The position numbers were made by a program, and so were the translations under genes. Shown here piece by piece: positions 13,705 to 28,818 of a stretch of 64,000 nucleotides of DNA. Location: assembly GCA_000165425.1 (NCBI GenBank), contig CT868141.1:310001-374000 (forward strand). The letters run 5' to 3'. This DNA is from Paramecium tetraurelia (taxonomy: Eukaryota). Each line of letters opens with the position of its first letter. The first letter of the stretch is position 1. The notes below the pieces were generated by a model. That model made no database searches. It saw only the letters and a list, made by a program, of their open reading frames with translations, and was not told the origin of the DNA.

Positions 13705-13736
13705 CTAAAAAGTGTCAAATCTAAAAAGTGTCAAAT
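13705..13736. repeat. 16-bp tandem duplication
   Basis: CTAAAAAGTGTCAAAT x2. Confidence 0.9.
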
Positions 13737-14494
13737 CCTTAAACATGTTATGTGTAAAATCTAAATTTAGCACATTTACTTCTAGATTACTGTAAAGAAT
13801 TTTAAGTATGATAAAATCTTTTAAATGTCTAAATTCTATTTGATTTTTTGAGATTATAACAATTTATTTTAGCCGAACCTGTTTTGAAGAAATAAGAATC
13901 ATGTATAGACTAAAAAAAATATCTATAGTGCATTATTGTAAAGAATAATCTTACACTGCTTCATTTTGGGAAATTAACATTTTTTTGCCATTTAAACCTA
14001 GTTTATATTAAAATATAAATTATAAAGAGAAATTTATACATTCTATAGGAATATGTAATTTGGTAATAAAGAAAGCCATTTTTAAGATTCAAGACTTTTG
14101 AAAAATAAAGAATTGATATGTACTTTAAAATTTAAAATAACACTTTACTAATCTTTTTAATTTATTTGGTTCAAAACAAAATTTCATTTCATTTGAAGTT
14201 AATGAAATTGAGATTTACTAATGCAGATATAAATTTCTAATATTGATTATAGAAGTTACTGTTATTTAAATTCAAGTCATATTTATATATTTTAGAATTA
14301 ATTAAATCTAGTTTATTAGAATCATATTAATAGATTTCATTAAATAAATATTATATACTTTACTTAAAATAACTACATTATTATGAAAACAACCATTTTA
14401 TATCATAAAAGAATGAGTTTACGACAATTTGATTACATATATAAATTAATTTAAGAAAAGTACAAAATATCAATTATAATTACTTATATTAAAA

Positions 14495-16163
<1,669 letters not shown>

Positions 16164-16629
16164 TATATAATAATTAATAATATATTCATAATTATACCAG
16201 TTATTCATAATTAAATCAAAATTCTTTCTCTAAACTGTTCATTTCTCAAATTCTAAATTCATAATTTCCCTGAAGTTCTTCTTAATTCAGAGTTCTTTTC
16301 ATTTTTTTAATTATCTTAAGCCTAAATTATCATCTCATACTTAATCTCATAATCTATTCATCCATATTATTTTTATTAAAATCTTTTTAGTATAATTCAT
16401 TAAGTATTTAATATATAATATTTATCCAAATAAACAATTTTTATGATCCATAGTAATTTATTAACATCAAGTTGCTAGTCTGTAATATACAATAATTTCA
16501 TATAAAAATGAGCATCAATCAAAAATTGACCAACTGAACTTGACTCTTATGTAATACGTCATTTGTCTAACATTTTTAAACAGTTCAAATTATTTATCAA
16601 TATAATATTAATTATTAATCTAAGTAAAA

Positions 16630-16869
16630 ATGGGATGTACGAGTTCTAATTAAACGACTGATCAAGTTATTTGCTAAGTTTCCAATCCCCAATTCAGGGA
16701 AGGCGCTAAACTCAACATAGGTGTCAACTATGATACAAAGAATTCAGACACAAGGATGTATTCGATTACAAAAAATCCAATTGTGCAAAGAAGAATTCTC
16801 AAATCAATCAAACCCAAAGTTTCGATTACAAAGCAATATTCAGATGAAACATATGGATCGTTTTATTGA
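16630..16869 (+). CDS. Small N-acylated protein, 79 aa
   Basis: MGCTSS myristoyl/palmitoyl-type start; YSITKNPIVQRR; TGA at 16867-16869. Confidence 0.7.
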
Positions 16870-17916
16870 AAATCTCTATTCGGCTAATCACTAAGATTGA
16901 ATATATATACATATATCATTAACTAAATGCTTTACTTGATGAAAATCAATATTTTTTCTTCCACTTCTCAATTTGGCTTTTCCTATTTTTCAATCCTAAA
17001 ATTTAGCCAAGAATACAAGCAATATAAATAAAAAGCTATTCAGATTGATAAAACCCTTACTTACTTTATAATTCAATTACTTAATATTTAACCTTCTGAT
17101 GACAAGCATGTAATTGAATTTCTCTGTCTCTTTCGAATTTATTCGCAAAGGATGGGTCATTATACAAAAAAGATTTTTATAATCGCTGAAATATTTGACC
17201 AATTTAAATGGAAGAAAAACTCAGTTTTTCACATTTGAAGGTATACATTTTAGAGGTAAATTTATAAAAAAATAAGTACTTGAATTACGAATCATGAATC
17301 ATAGATAGCAATTTGTATTTACTTGAAAAAGAAACAATCCTTTAATAAACAATATTATTTAGAAACATATAAATGTATTTATGATGATATTCTGCAATAA
17401 TTGAAAACAATCATTCTATAAAAGTTTTTAGCAACTATTGAAGAATGTTAAGAATTATTTTTTTTCATTAACACACATATATATATATTTATAATTTTAG
17501 TTATTAATTATATATATAAGATAATTAATGAATAATTATAATCAAGGGTCTTTATAATTAAATATAATTTATATATGAAGATACACTCCATTTAGGATTT
17601 GGACATGTTGAAAATAAAGATCCTTAATTTATTCTTTCGAAAGTGAATTAAGGTATTATACTTTAACATTAAGAATTGATTTAGACATCAATTACCTTAA
17701 ATGTCTAATGCCAAGAATTTATAGTTATGTTTTAAATATTCTCATTATTTCCTATAACCCTTTGGTTCACTCATAATAAAAATGGGAGTAGGGAATAACA
17801 TGATAATGTATTGGAAGTGGTTTGATTCAAGAGTGAGCAGGATTGAATATTAAATAAATTAGTTTAATTCATTAATATTAACAATTTTTTATTGTGATAA
17901 ATATAATTATATCATC

Positions 17917-20537
17917 ATGGGGAATATTTGCAAGCCATAGGTTTAGTTAATAGAGGAAAATGAGGTGGATTTGAATAAAAAAGCTGAAATTGAAGAACAA
18001 AGAAAAAAAGCAAATGGCAAATAAGAAAATAATAATGACTTAAAATAAGAATCTATAACGGACGATCAAAAACAATAACAAGATAATTACGATGGATAAA
18101 AGTTGAGAAGTGAAAATAATTAGGAAGTATCAAATAAAATTAGATCTTTAGCTAAAAAGAAGAGAAAACAAAAAGATGGCATAAATAGCAGCTGTTATTG
18201 ATTAGGAAGTAATTTATGAAAATATCTAAAAACAAAACAAAGTGAAAAGCCCTTTCGATTACTAACTACTATTGAACGCATTTTCTAATAGTTTCATATT
18301 TGCTCAGTTGTAAGGCGACGACAAGTATCAAAAATTGAATATTATTTTGAGTAAAGGTTATTGATAAAATGTTCTATTGCACAGTGAAAGATTAGGAGAT
18401 GGTATTTAAATAAGGAGATAAGGGAAGTTCATATTTTTTGATTGAAAGAGGTTAATGCTAAATAATAATAAATAATGATGTAAAGAAAACCTTAAAATCT
18501 GGAGAAGCATTTGGTGAATTGGCGTTATTGTACAACGCTCCAAGATCTGCATCGGTGAAAGCTATAGGAGGTACTGAATTTAGTAATTTTTAGATTGTGC
18601 CTTTTGGGCCATAGATAGAAACACAGTGAGAAAGGTAATAGAGGAAATCTCTTTGAAGGATTATGAATAAAACAAGGAATTTATACAGAAAGTCCAATTT
18701 TTCGGTATTAACTTTAAATATTCCAATAGAGTCACTTACTGATGATTAAAGAACTGCGATTACATCTGTTCTGATAACACTAAATTTTAAGGCTGGTGAG
18801 ATAATTGTGAATGAAGGAGATTAAGCAGATTCCTTTTTTATTATAAAGAAAGGAGAGATTGAGATTTCTAAAGGAGGCAAATAATTGAGAATCATGCAAT
18901 AAGGAGACTCTCTGGGGGAATAAGCCTTGTAGAGTAATTCTGTTAGAGGGGCAACAGCCAAAGCACATAAGGATGTCATTCTATTGGCATTGTCAAGAGA
19001 TGATTTGACAAGAATTTTGGGAGATAAAATATAGACTATTATGTTCTTGAATTTATAAAGATGGGCATTTGAACGCCATCCTATATTGAAATAACTTACT
19101 AAACTATAAGTAGAAAGGATAGTAAGCACTATGGAATAAAAATAATATAAGGAAGGAGAAGTGATTATAGAGAAAGGTTAATAATGTACTCATTTGATCG
19201 TTGTTCTAATGGCCAGTTTATAGTATGGATAACAATCTATAGAAAAAGGGTAAATGTTTGGTGACAAGTTTTTGGAATAACAAAACTAAATCTTAAATGA
19301 TTCTTTGATAATGAAATCAGATGGATTGATAAGTCAAATATAAATTAAAGTCTTTTTTGAAATTATTGGTGGTACTTTAGAATAAATCTTTTTAAAAAAC
19401 GAGAAGGCGCATGATAGATTTATTAAAAAGGAAGAGGGATAAAAAAAGGATCAGTATGATCATTTTAAATTAGAAGAATTAATCTCAATAAAGAAACTAG
19501 GACAAGGATAATTTGGTAATGTCTATCTGGTTCATAATAAATCTGATAAGAAAAATTATGCACTCAAATGCATATCTAAGGCTCAGATAATAGAGTAAAA
19601 TTTGGAAAAGCATTTGGCCTAGGAGAAATCAACATTGCAGACAGCCAACTTTCCACTCATTATGCATTTCGTTAAGAGCTTTTAGGACAAAAACTACATC
19701 TATTTTTTAGAAGAATATATTAAAGGAATGGAGCTGTTTGATGTAATCAGAGAAATTGGACTCTTAAATACTTATGATTCTCAATTTTACATAGGATCTT
19801 TGATCTTATGTATGGAATATCTTCATCTCAATAACATTATTTATAGAGATATTAAACCAGAAAATATTATGGTTGATGATAAAGTAAATTAGTATATTTA
19901 TTTTAAGGGATTTATGAAGTTGATTGATTTAGGAACTGCTAAAAATCTTAAAAATAAGAATGGTAGAACATATACTATTATTGGAACTCCTCATTATATG
20001 GCTCCAGAAATATTGTCTGGAAAAGGATACACATATTCCGTTGATTTATGGTCTATAGGGATATGCTTGTATGAGTTTATGTGTGGTAATGTACCCTATG
20101 CAGAAGATGCAGAAGATCCGTAAGACTTGATTTAAACTATTTAGATACGATATTTATGAGGAAATCCAAAAAAAAGCCTTGAACTTCCCTTCTGTCCTCA
20201 AAGATCGCAAGGCTAAGAAGTTAATCGAATAACTCTTAAGCAAAACTCCTGAATTAAGATTAGGATCATCATATGCAAGCTTAAAAAACAATTAATTTTT
20301 TGAACACTTTGATTATGATTCATTAATGAACAGAGATTTAAAGCCTCCATATCTCCCACCTAAAAGTAAACTTTAGAGTGACAAAGAAATCTAAAAAGCC
20401 ATCTAGGCTGGCAAACTCATTACTGAAGAAATTAAAGTATCTATTATCTCTATATTTTATAGACTGATCCTACAACAACCAATAACATTTATAAACCAGA
20501 AAAAGCAAGAGATCCTAATTGGGATAAAGATTATTGA
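17917..20537 (+). CDS. PKG: cGMP-dependent protein kinase (three cNMP-binding domains plus AGC kinase)
   Basis: MGNIC start; [23 protein letters not shown]...VRGATA; degenerate third cNMP domain; [22 protein letters not shown]-terminal NWDKDY. Confidence 0.93.
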
Positions 20538-20583
20538 ACAAAAATTTATTTCTTATGCTATGACCACACATTTTATCAATTAA

Positions 20584-21779
20584 TCAATGTCTCATATCAA
20601 ATTACATTAGATTCATCTAATTCAAAATTCCAAAATAGAGTTTTTTATCTTTGCAACTGATTAAACCTTTGTAGAAATGCAGTTAGAGTTTTTCATCAAC
20701 CATTTTCTAATCAAATTGGAATCTCTGTTTATCTTTATCATTCTCCTTCAGTATTTGAGTTTTAATCAATTAATCTGTTAATAATTCCAAAAGTATAGTA
20801 TTTGAATCCTAATAGTTCAGTAGAGCAAGGTCACAAATCTATTTTATAAAGAATTATCATACTTATTTTTCATCAAGTGGGCAATTTTTCAATTTTAATA
20901 GATTGAAAACTCTAGAATGTTTTTGAGAATGCTTGTCTTCAATCCATTTGATTTCTAAATTTTCCTTTAATTCTTTCTATTTTTATTTATATAAATTTTG
21001 ATCCTAGAAACTGGAAATTCCATAGATTTATTTTAATTATTGCATAATAGTCTAATTTAAATGAAAAAATATACATTATTTTTAACAATATCCATTAATC
21101 CTGTCCAATTTATTTATAAAAGTGAATTCTAAGTAAGAGATTGTTACTTTTAAGATGAAATTTCTAATTTTTTCTTTGCTTTTTAAGTTTTCTTATCAGA
21201 TTTATTTTTTGTATCCTTATAAATAACTTCTTAAATTTCTTCTTATTAATCTACTTAAACAATTTAAAGTAAACTTTTATCAAATAATTCATTCACCAAA
21301 GTTTCTAAATCACTTTCATTTATGCTTTCAGAAACGAGATTCTTTATTCCAAATACTCCATTTTTAATTGCATAATCAAAAATAGCATTGTATTTTTTTT
21401 CGCTATTTAATAATTCTGGTACATATTCTCTCCCCAGCAATGCTATATGATTAACAAATATTAATCCTTTTTTTTTTTATTTATTTTTTGTTTAATTAGA
21501 CTCATTCTGCTATTTTTCATCTTTATTTCCTTAAAATAATTGTTTTATCTCAACGGTATTATCCAATTGCTTTTTGATTTTATAACCAATTATTTAATGC
21601 TTAATTCCAAGGGTGATAACAATCTCCAAAAATTTTAAGTCATCAAATTGTGCATATTTCAAGATATCTTAATATTGAAGAGGCCCATATAAATCAAGTA
21701 CTTCTATCACCATTCCCATGGCTTTTCCAAAATGCTATTCTGCTAGTTAAGAATAATATAAAGTGCGATATGAATGCAT
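20584..21779 (-). CDS. POLR3C: RNA polymerase III subunit RPC3/RPC82-like
   Basis: N-terminal winged helix LAEQHFGKAMGMVIEVLDLYGPLQY...IKHQIIGY. C-terminal winged helix IEDKHSQKHSRVFNLL...LDEKQICDLALLNYQDSNTILLEL. Introns of 23 and 24 nt. Confidence 0.75.
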
Positions 21780-21801
21780 CTACTAATTAATTTAATTAGT
21801 A
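21780..21801. promoter_or_regulatory. Palindromic head-to-head spacer
   Basis: TACTAATTAA-T-TTAATTAGTA lies between two divergent ATGs. Confidence 0.55.
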
Positions 21802-22126
21802 TGATAAAAATTACAAGTCCACTGTTAAATCACAGATTCAAAATGGTAAGAGTTTAATGCAAACCTTATGATAATGCTGAATTAATTAGAGCTCAAATAA
21901 TGGATAATATGAACGAATATCTCTAAGAAAATGATGGGTACGAGTGCTTTTTTATGAAAGCAAACTTATCAACGTGAGAGTTATTTCAAATAGTTACATT
22001 GCTGTATACTTTGTAACAGGAATAGAAATGGATGATACTAATTGGGAATAATAAATTAGTAGAGGGCCATTATAAAAATTTACTATTTTATCAAATTCCA
22101 TAGAAATTAGACCTTCGCGATTTTGA
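21801..22126 (+). CDS. Small hypothetical protein, about 101 aa
   Basis: MIKITSPLLNHRFKMVRVQCKPYDN...SIEIRPSRF*, using a 20-nt intron GTGAGAGTTATTTCAAATAG. Confidence 0.6.
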
Positions 22127-22174
22127 ATTAATATAATCATTTTAGAATTTCTATATTTATTTTAATTTTACACA

Positions 22175-23998
22175 ATGGGAAATAACTAGTCATAGCGTAA
22201 AAATCATACAAATTTCAAAACCAAGACTAAGGAACAATTTAAGAAATTATTTTTAATAAAGAAGGATTGGTATAAATTAAATTCATTTCATTATAGTCTC
22301 TTTTCAAAGTTATCTTAAAAAACTTCATCACTTATTACATGCTTCTTAAATATTTAAGAGTTAGAAAATCTACTTTAGGTGTCAAAAACTACTTATTAAA
22401 TCTTCAGTCAAACATCTGGTTGTTTTCAAATAGTATGTTAAAGACTTCTGAATGTTAAATGTGAGATAATTTAATCCTAAAATTGGAAACTTATATTATA
22501 AAGTATATTGTGTATTCCAATAAGATCATTACCTTATGGAGAAGCAATAAAAAGTGTAAGATATGAAACTAAATAATTCCCAGTATTTATAGAACATAAA
22601 ATTAATTATAGTGGGTTTCAGAAGGCCATTCCATATTATGAATATAAATTTGGGGAAAAAAAATAACTTATTAAGAATTCTGATTACATAACAGCATTGC
22701 AGTTTGCAACAAATAACACCGATATATTATTAAGAGTGAGGTAAGGGTTTGAAATCCATACATAATTGCCAGAACTACTAATGTTAAATTATAATCTACA
22801 TGATTATGTAAAAATATATTGTAAATATCTGGAAATAAGGTTTTCTAAATGTAATTTAGAATAATTTATATAAATTTGGCACCATTATTAAGGATGGATA
22901 AGTTCTGTAGAAAATTAAACATCAAACTTGATATTCTTGTTTAATTAAATCATCGATGAAAGTTTGCCTTAATACAAGCTACCAAAGTATACTGTTCGAC
23001 ACTTTATGGTATGCGAATGGATGATTAAAGCTAATAAAGCAGAAATCATTGAAAAATTTAGAAAAGAATTTAGTTTGTTGATGATAGAATGTAGAAATAA
23101 AAAAAATAAATCTTTATTGTTAAGATAATATGTTTAATATCTAATTGATATTAGCACTAATCAAAATAATATTCATAAATATGGCTATTATAATTTCTAA
23201 TATTGTGAAGAACTCAATTAATTAATTAATTTAGCAGTAAATTTAATTCCTAATTTAAATATAGAGTATTCATAAGATGAGGAAATATTAATTTATATAT
23301 TTGGATAGTATGTATACGAATATTATATATTTGAATAATCATCTGCTTTTAGAGTTGAATAATTCAAATATGAGATTAAGCAGTTTCATTAAGAATGCTA
23401 ATAAATGTCTAAAATATTAGTGAAGAATTTTGAAGAATAAAATAATAGTATCTTTGGGAATGAAATTTAAAACTTTAGATACTAGTTATCCTTACAATAA
23501 AATGTTTAAATAAAAATTAGATCTTTATTTAAATAAGTAGCCTTAATCGATGAGGACATATAAAATTCTTCAGAAAACATAGTAGCTGAAAGCTTAGGAA
23601 CATCTGGAGTATCATTAACATCTACAAATTGTAGTTCAGTATTTTCAAGCGTAAAAAATAATGATTAATTATATCATTATATAAAATTTTATTAAAAAGA
23701 TTTATTTAATAAAATTTAAAGATTTTACTGCAAGGAATGGGATGTCTATTAGTATTCATTAGAATAGGAACCAGTAAATGATAATATTTATGATATTCCT
23801 GAATTAGCTGAATATGATTATATCTCACACTAGAATTTGATGGAATTATTTTTCAACAGAATTCAAAGGTCAAATGCTATTTGTTAATTAGAAAGAAGAT
23901 AAACGATTTTGGCATCCAATTACTAGTTCAATCACTAGTAACTCTAAACGCAATCGCTTAATCAATCAGAATCACTTTTAAAATGCCTTTTAACATGA
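22175..23998 (+). CDS. Hypothetical protein with a myristoylation-type start
   Basis: MGNNQS start, long code-6 frame with one tiny intron, ends KCLLT*. Confidence 0.65.
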
Positions 23999-24226
23999 AA
24001 ATTTCATTTTTGTTTATTGTTTTTTTGTTATATTAACATATTTTATAGTAAAAAAGAAATCAACTAGGTTTAATAATCTGATTAAACAAAATATTTTGAT
24101 GTCGCTCGAATTTAACAGATTTATGATTTATTTTTAATTTTAATATTCTATTAAAATAATATTCATTAATAAGGTATTAAATATAAAATCAAAAATAAAT
24201 AACATAGATAACTATGATTAATAATA

Positions 24227-26256
24227 TCATACTATTTTACCAAGAGCATTTTTCATATTTTTGAAGTTCATTAAAACTTAATTTAATTTTGTTTCAACTT
24301 GATCTTTCTCTATTTTAATTTACTTTACAGCTTAAAATAAGGTTTAGGTCTTTGTTTCTTTTTCTTTAACCAAGTCTTCTAACTCTTTTTCTTTTTTCTA
24401 CAATGATGTAATTTATGATTTTTGATCAAAGTTTAGTTTATTTAAAGTAAATATCTATTCTTCTGCCTTAATGATTCTTTCTTCGAATCTCTTTGCTCTA
24501 TCTTAGATGTAATATTTCATTTCTTTTTGAGAATCCAATTCAACTTTCTAATCATCTATTTAAGATTTTAATTAATAAATTTATTTGTGTTACAATAGTA
24601 AAAGTTTTGAGAAATAATTACAAGTTTATAACAATTATTAGGATTCTAAATGTAGATAATGCCCATGAGCTACGAATTTAGAAAAAGTCATTTATAAGAC
24701 TTGCATGAAGTCTTACATAGTAAATTTGGGTTGATAGGTAGGTGTTGGTATGCATTTTCTACCAGTTTAGAATAATTGTTGGTTGATTTATAAGCTCTTT
24801 TTAACTAGATCGACCATTTCTCTTCTTGTTTGTATTATTTAAGCTTTAAGGAATGGAACTTACAAGGATTCTAGGATCAATGAATCAATATCCTAATATT
24901 CTTATTGAAGTTAGATGGACAGATCACTTAACGATTTAGCTTATTTATTTTATGAAGGTTAGGAGGGACTGGAGGCGTTAATATTTTTATTAGAACTTTA
25001 GCCATGATTACCTGCATATGATTTAATTTTGGTGAAAATACTGGAGGCTGTTGATGCGACATTGTATTATGTTGAGTTCTGTTATTTTTACTATTATTAT
25101 TCATCAGTTTCTCCTAATCCTAGCAAGTCTTCATTCTAATAAAGGGAGTCACTTTAGATTTGTTGTTGTTATTGCTATAACTATTATTATTGATTTTGGA
25201 ACTTGCCCTCAATTAATTCATATGCATCATTAAATATTTCATTCATGTATTGCCCAATGTTGAATTTGAAAACTAAGAACTTCGCAATTCCAATTTATAT
25301 GATCTCTTCTGGGATTTAATAAACCATATCATTAAAATAACTAAATATATGAGGAAACATTACTTAAATTCTGTTTTTAAGAACTTAATTTCTTTGTTCA
25401 ACACTTAGGTTCTGTAATTGACAATATAATTTAATAGGGATCGATTATTTTAGATGATGAAGTACATTTACTTGCTTGTCAACATTAAATCGAATATGTC
25501 TTTAGGTTCAAGAAATGATAAGATGGTGGATTTGTATTTATTGGTCAATAGGGTGTAGATATTGCTTTCTTGGTATTAGTACTTTAATATTTTATAGGCT
25601 CCTTGGATAAATAGGGCTCCTGCTCTAATTTCCTTCATTTGTTCTAATTCGGATGATGCAATAAGGTTGTTCTTTTCTGCCAAAATGAGTTTCATTTCTA
25701 ATTCATTAACTCTTTATTAGTAGTTATTGTTGGCTTTTAGTAGTAGATCGTTTAAAGCGAGATATTTCGTATTGATTTCTTCTAATTCTTTATTTCTAAG
25801 TTTTAATTGTTCGCATTCTTTCACTAAATCAAATTGGCGTTGCTCATAATTGTTTTTGATCTATGAATAGGGTGTGATCATTTACTTCTTCCATTTATTG
25901 CATGTAAGTGTCTTCGATATTTTTTATAATTTATTCTTTTGATAGAATAGCTTTGATCTAATTCTGTAATTGTGATTTGAGACTATCGATTTCATTTTAT
26001 TGAGTCTGATAATCGTTGATGATTTCTCTCAAAGACTTAACTTCATCCTTGGCTGATTGTATTTTTTCGATTCTCTCTTTATCTATGCTATTATGGAATA
26101 AGAATTTGTTGAATACACTTGTTTGATGTGTTTGTTATATAATTTGTCGACGTCTTTTTGGAGAGAAGAATCCATGAAAATCATAAACTTGTATTAGGAT
26201 GGTTGCAGTATGATCATGGGTTATGCAGACTCATCTTGTTTAATTTGCTATTTCAT
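24227..26256 (-). CDS. Hypothetical coiled-coil, Q/P-rich protein
   Basis: MKQQIKQDESAQP...VIDKERIEKIQSAKDEVKSLREII..., ends NALGKIV*. Tiny introns. Confidence 0.7.
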
Positions 26257-26291
26257 TGTATTATATATATATATTTTAATTTAATTAACGA

Positions 26292-27648
26292 ATGAAGTAT
26301 TTCCAAAATGGATTGAATCAAATTTGCCAATAAATAATTCGACCAGCAAGAGCAGAATACACAATATATGATTTATGTAATCTCAGCATAATTATTATGA
26401 ACAGCTTCTTATTAGATTTAGGAAGATAGTCAATACACAAGAGAGGATTTTGATATCATTAATCCTCGACAAGAAGTGATCAAAGTTAGTTAATACATAG
26501 GCTAATAAAAGAGCGATGTCTGCATTATCTACTTGCATACTGCCAATGGTTCTAGAATGGAAGTGAGCAAATATGTATCGATGATAATTAAAAATGGGTT
26601 TGCATTGATTTCATTCGATTTTACTGGGTCTGGAATGTCAGACGGAGAGATCGTGACTTATGGACATAGAGAGGTAGGAGATTTGCAAACTGTCATAAAC
26701 CATTTCAAATCATCATATAAATAAATCATACTCTGGGGAAGATCGATGGGTTCTGCTGTTGCTCTCCAATATATGCAAAAGTTCAATAACATACTCATCA
26801 AAGGAATGATCTTGGATAGTCCATTTGTTTGCTTACTAGATGTAAATAAGTGCTTAAATTGAATTAGGTGATTTTGTAAATGGCATCAAGTAAAACTAAA
26901 ATCCCTAATTTCATTTTGAAGAGTCTATCCACTTTTGTATCAAATGAACTCAAAAAATAAGCTGGATTTGATTTAGAAGAAATCAATTGTCTCAAAAAGA
27001 TTTCGTCAATTAAGTGTCCTGCCATATTCGTGACTTCCAAGTTGGATACGATTGTACCGCCTGAACAAACTGAAAAACTGTTTAAGGCTTATACAGGCAT
27101 CAAGCAAATCCAATACACAAATCAACAGCATAATGGCATTAGAGACCATGCTTTTATTGAAACACTTATCCAATGGTTCAAAAAGAGAACTCCGATCTTT
27201 GAGAGACTGGGAGTGGGCACTCAGATCAAATAGAGAATAATGCATAAATAAAAAAATACATTAGGAACAATTAAGTAGGTTTCATTGGATCTCTACAAGG
27301 AAAGATCTTCGATACTAGAATGTTGTACTTTTTATTGTTATTTTAGACCAAAGAAGTTTGAACACTTCAGTATCTCCCAGATAAACGATCATGAATAAAT
27401 AGAAATTAACTGCAGAGGAGAAGTATAATCAAATGTTGGAAACTCAAAGATCTCTTTATTTGGATCGGTCTGTTTCTGCAAAAAGAATTTAAATTAGCAA
27501 TTCCATTGATTATTAGATATCTCCTATGCCTTTAGCACCTTTAAGCAATAAAATAGTTACTTCATCATAACACAATTATTTCTCTCATTCAAAACCCATC
27601 ACTTTCACCAAGATACCTCATAAGACAAAAGATTGCACTTAGGTTTGA
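26292..27648 (+). CDS. Alpha/beta hydrolase (YqkD/ABHD-like)
   Basis: IIRPARAEY; IYLHTANGSR; FDFTGSGMSDG; nucleophile elbow WGRSMGS; DTIVP; HN. Confidence 0.9.
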
Positions 27649-27819
27649 TTATATTTTTGATAAAGATTAAGTCATTAAATTAATTTAGTATTAAAAAAGG
27701 GTTAATTAAATCCGAAGTTTCTTACTATTCTAATTAGCATAGGGATAACTCAAATTTAGATGTGTCGCATTTAAAGTTTGAATCTAAAATACCAATTAAA
27801 TTAAAATATATAAATTAAA

Positions 27820-28818
27820 ATGGGACAGGAATGTCAGAAATGCAAGGCCTTCTCAGTTAAGGAAGAGTTTGACATGAAGAACATGGATGAGGATTTGGGA
27901 GATGAGAGTCCTGATGTGGAGTAATCATTTTTAGATGAGGAGGATGAAGCTAAAAAACATAGTATTATTATAAATGAAATGATAGATAGGCCACCGTGTT
28001 TGGATTATTATAAGAGGGGGAAAATGCTGGGGAAGGAGGAATACTATGATTAAAATGATCCCAAACTGGCTGCTACGATAGAGAACAAAGAAATGGCTTT
28101 AACTGAAGAACAAAGGGGAGAAGAGATTATCTTGGAGGACGGGTCGAGATATCAGGGGAATGTGGTTGATGGGAAGGCAAATGGCAAAGGAAAGTTATGG
28201 TTAAATAATGGTGATATTTATGAAGGAGACATAATCGACAATGTCATCTAGGGAAATGGGGTCTATTATTATATAAGAGGCCCAATTTACAGTGGATAAT
28301 TTGTCAATGGGAAATCTGATGGGATGGGCAAGGAGATGTGGCCAGATGGATCAATTTATGAGGGATAGTTTAGGAATGGCAAAAAGCAAGGTTAAGGAGT
28401 ATATAAGTGGAGTTAAGGATGCATGTATGAGGGAGAGTGGTTGGAGAATATGATCCACGGTTATGGGAGATACGAATGGTCAGATGGTAGGGTAATTTTA
28501 TAAATGTATATATAGTGTTATTAGGGGAATTGGAATAGGAATCAGATGCATGGGAGAGGCAAGTATTCGTGGACCGATGGAAAATACTACGATGGGGAGT
28601 ATGAATATGATAAGAAGTGTGGGTTTGGTTTTTTCGTATGGGCTGATGGCAAACAGTATTAGGGCTATTGGTTCGATGGTAAATAACATGGCAAAGGAGT
28701 GATGATCAATAAGGATGGGAAGAAGAAATTCGGAGAATGGGTCAATGGAAAGTTGATTAGTTGTAGTGATGAAACCAATGTGCAGATTATCCCTGAGGGT
28801 TGGAATAATAAGGCTTGA
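27820..28818 (+). CDS. MORN-repeat protein
   Basis: Repeated Y-x-G-x-[WF]...G-x-G units (YEGQFRNGKKQGQG, YEGEWLENMIHGYG, YDGEYEYDKKCGFG). Confidence 0.93.

Noticed and set aside
18127..18198. Apparent frameshift in the PKG N-terminus
   Set aside because: Resolved by a canonical 25-nt intron at 18127-18151.
21800..22140. Minus-strand extension of RPC3
   Set aside because: It hits TGA in the frames tested. A plus-strand gene explains the region better.
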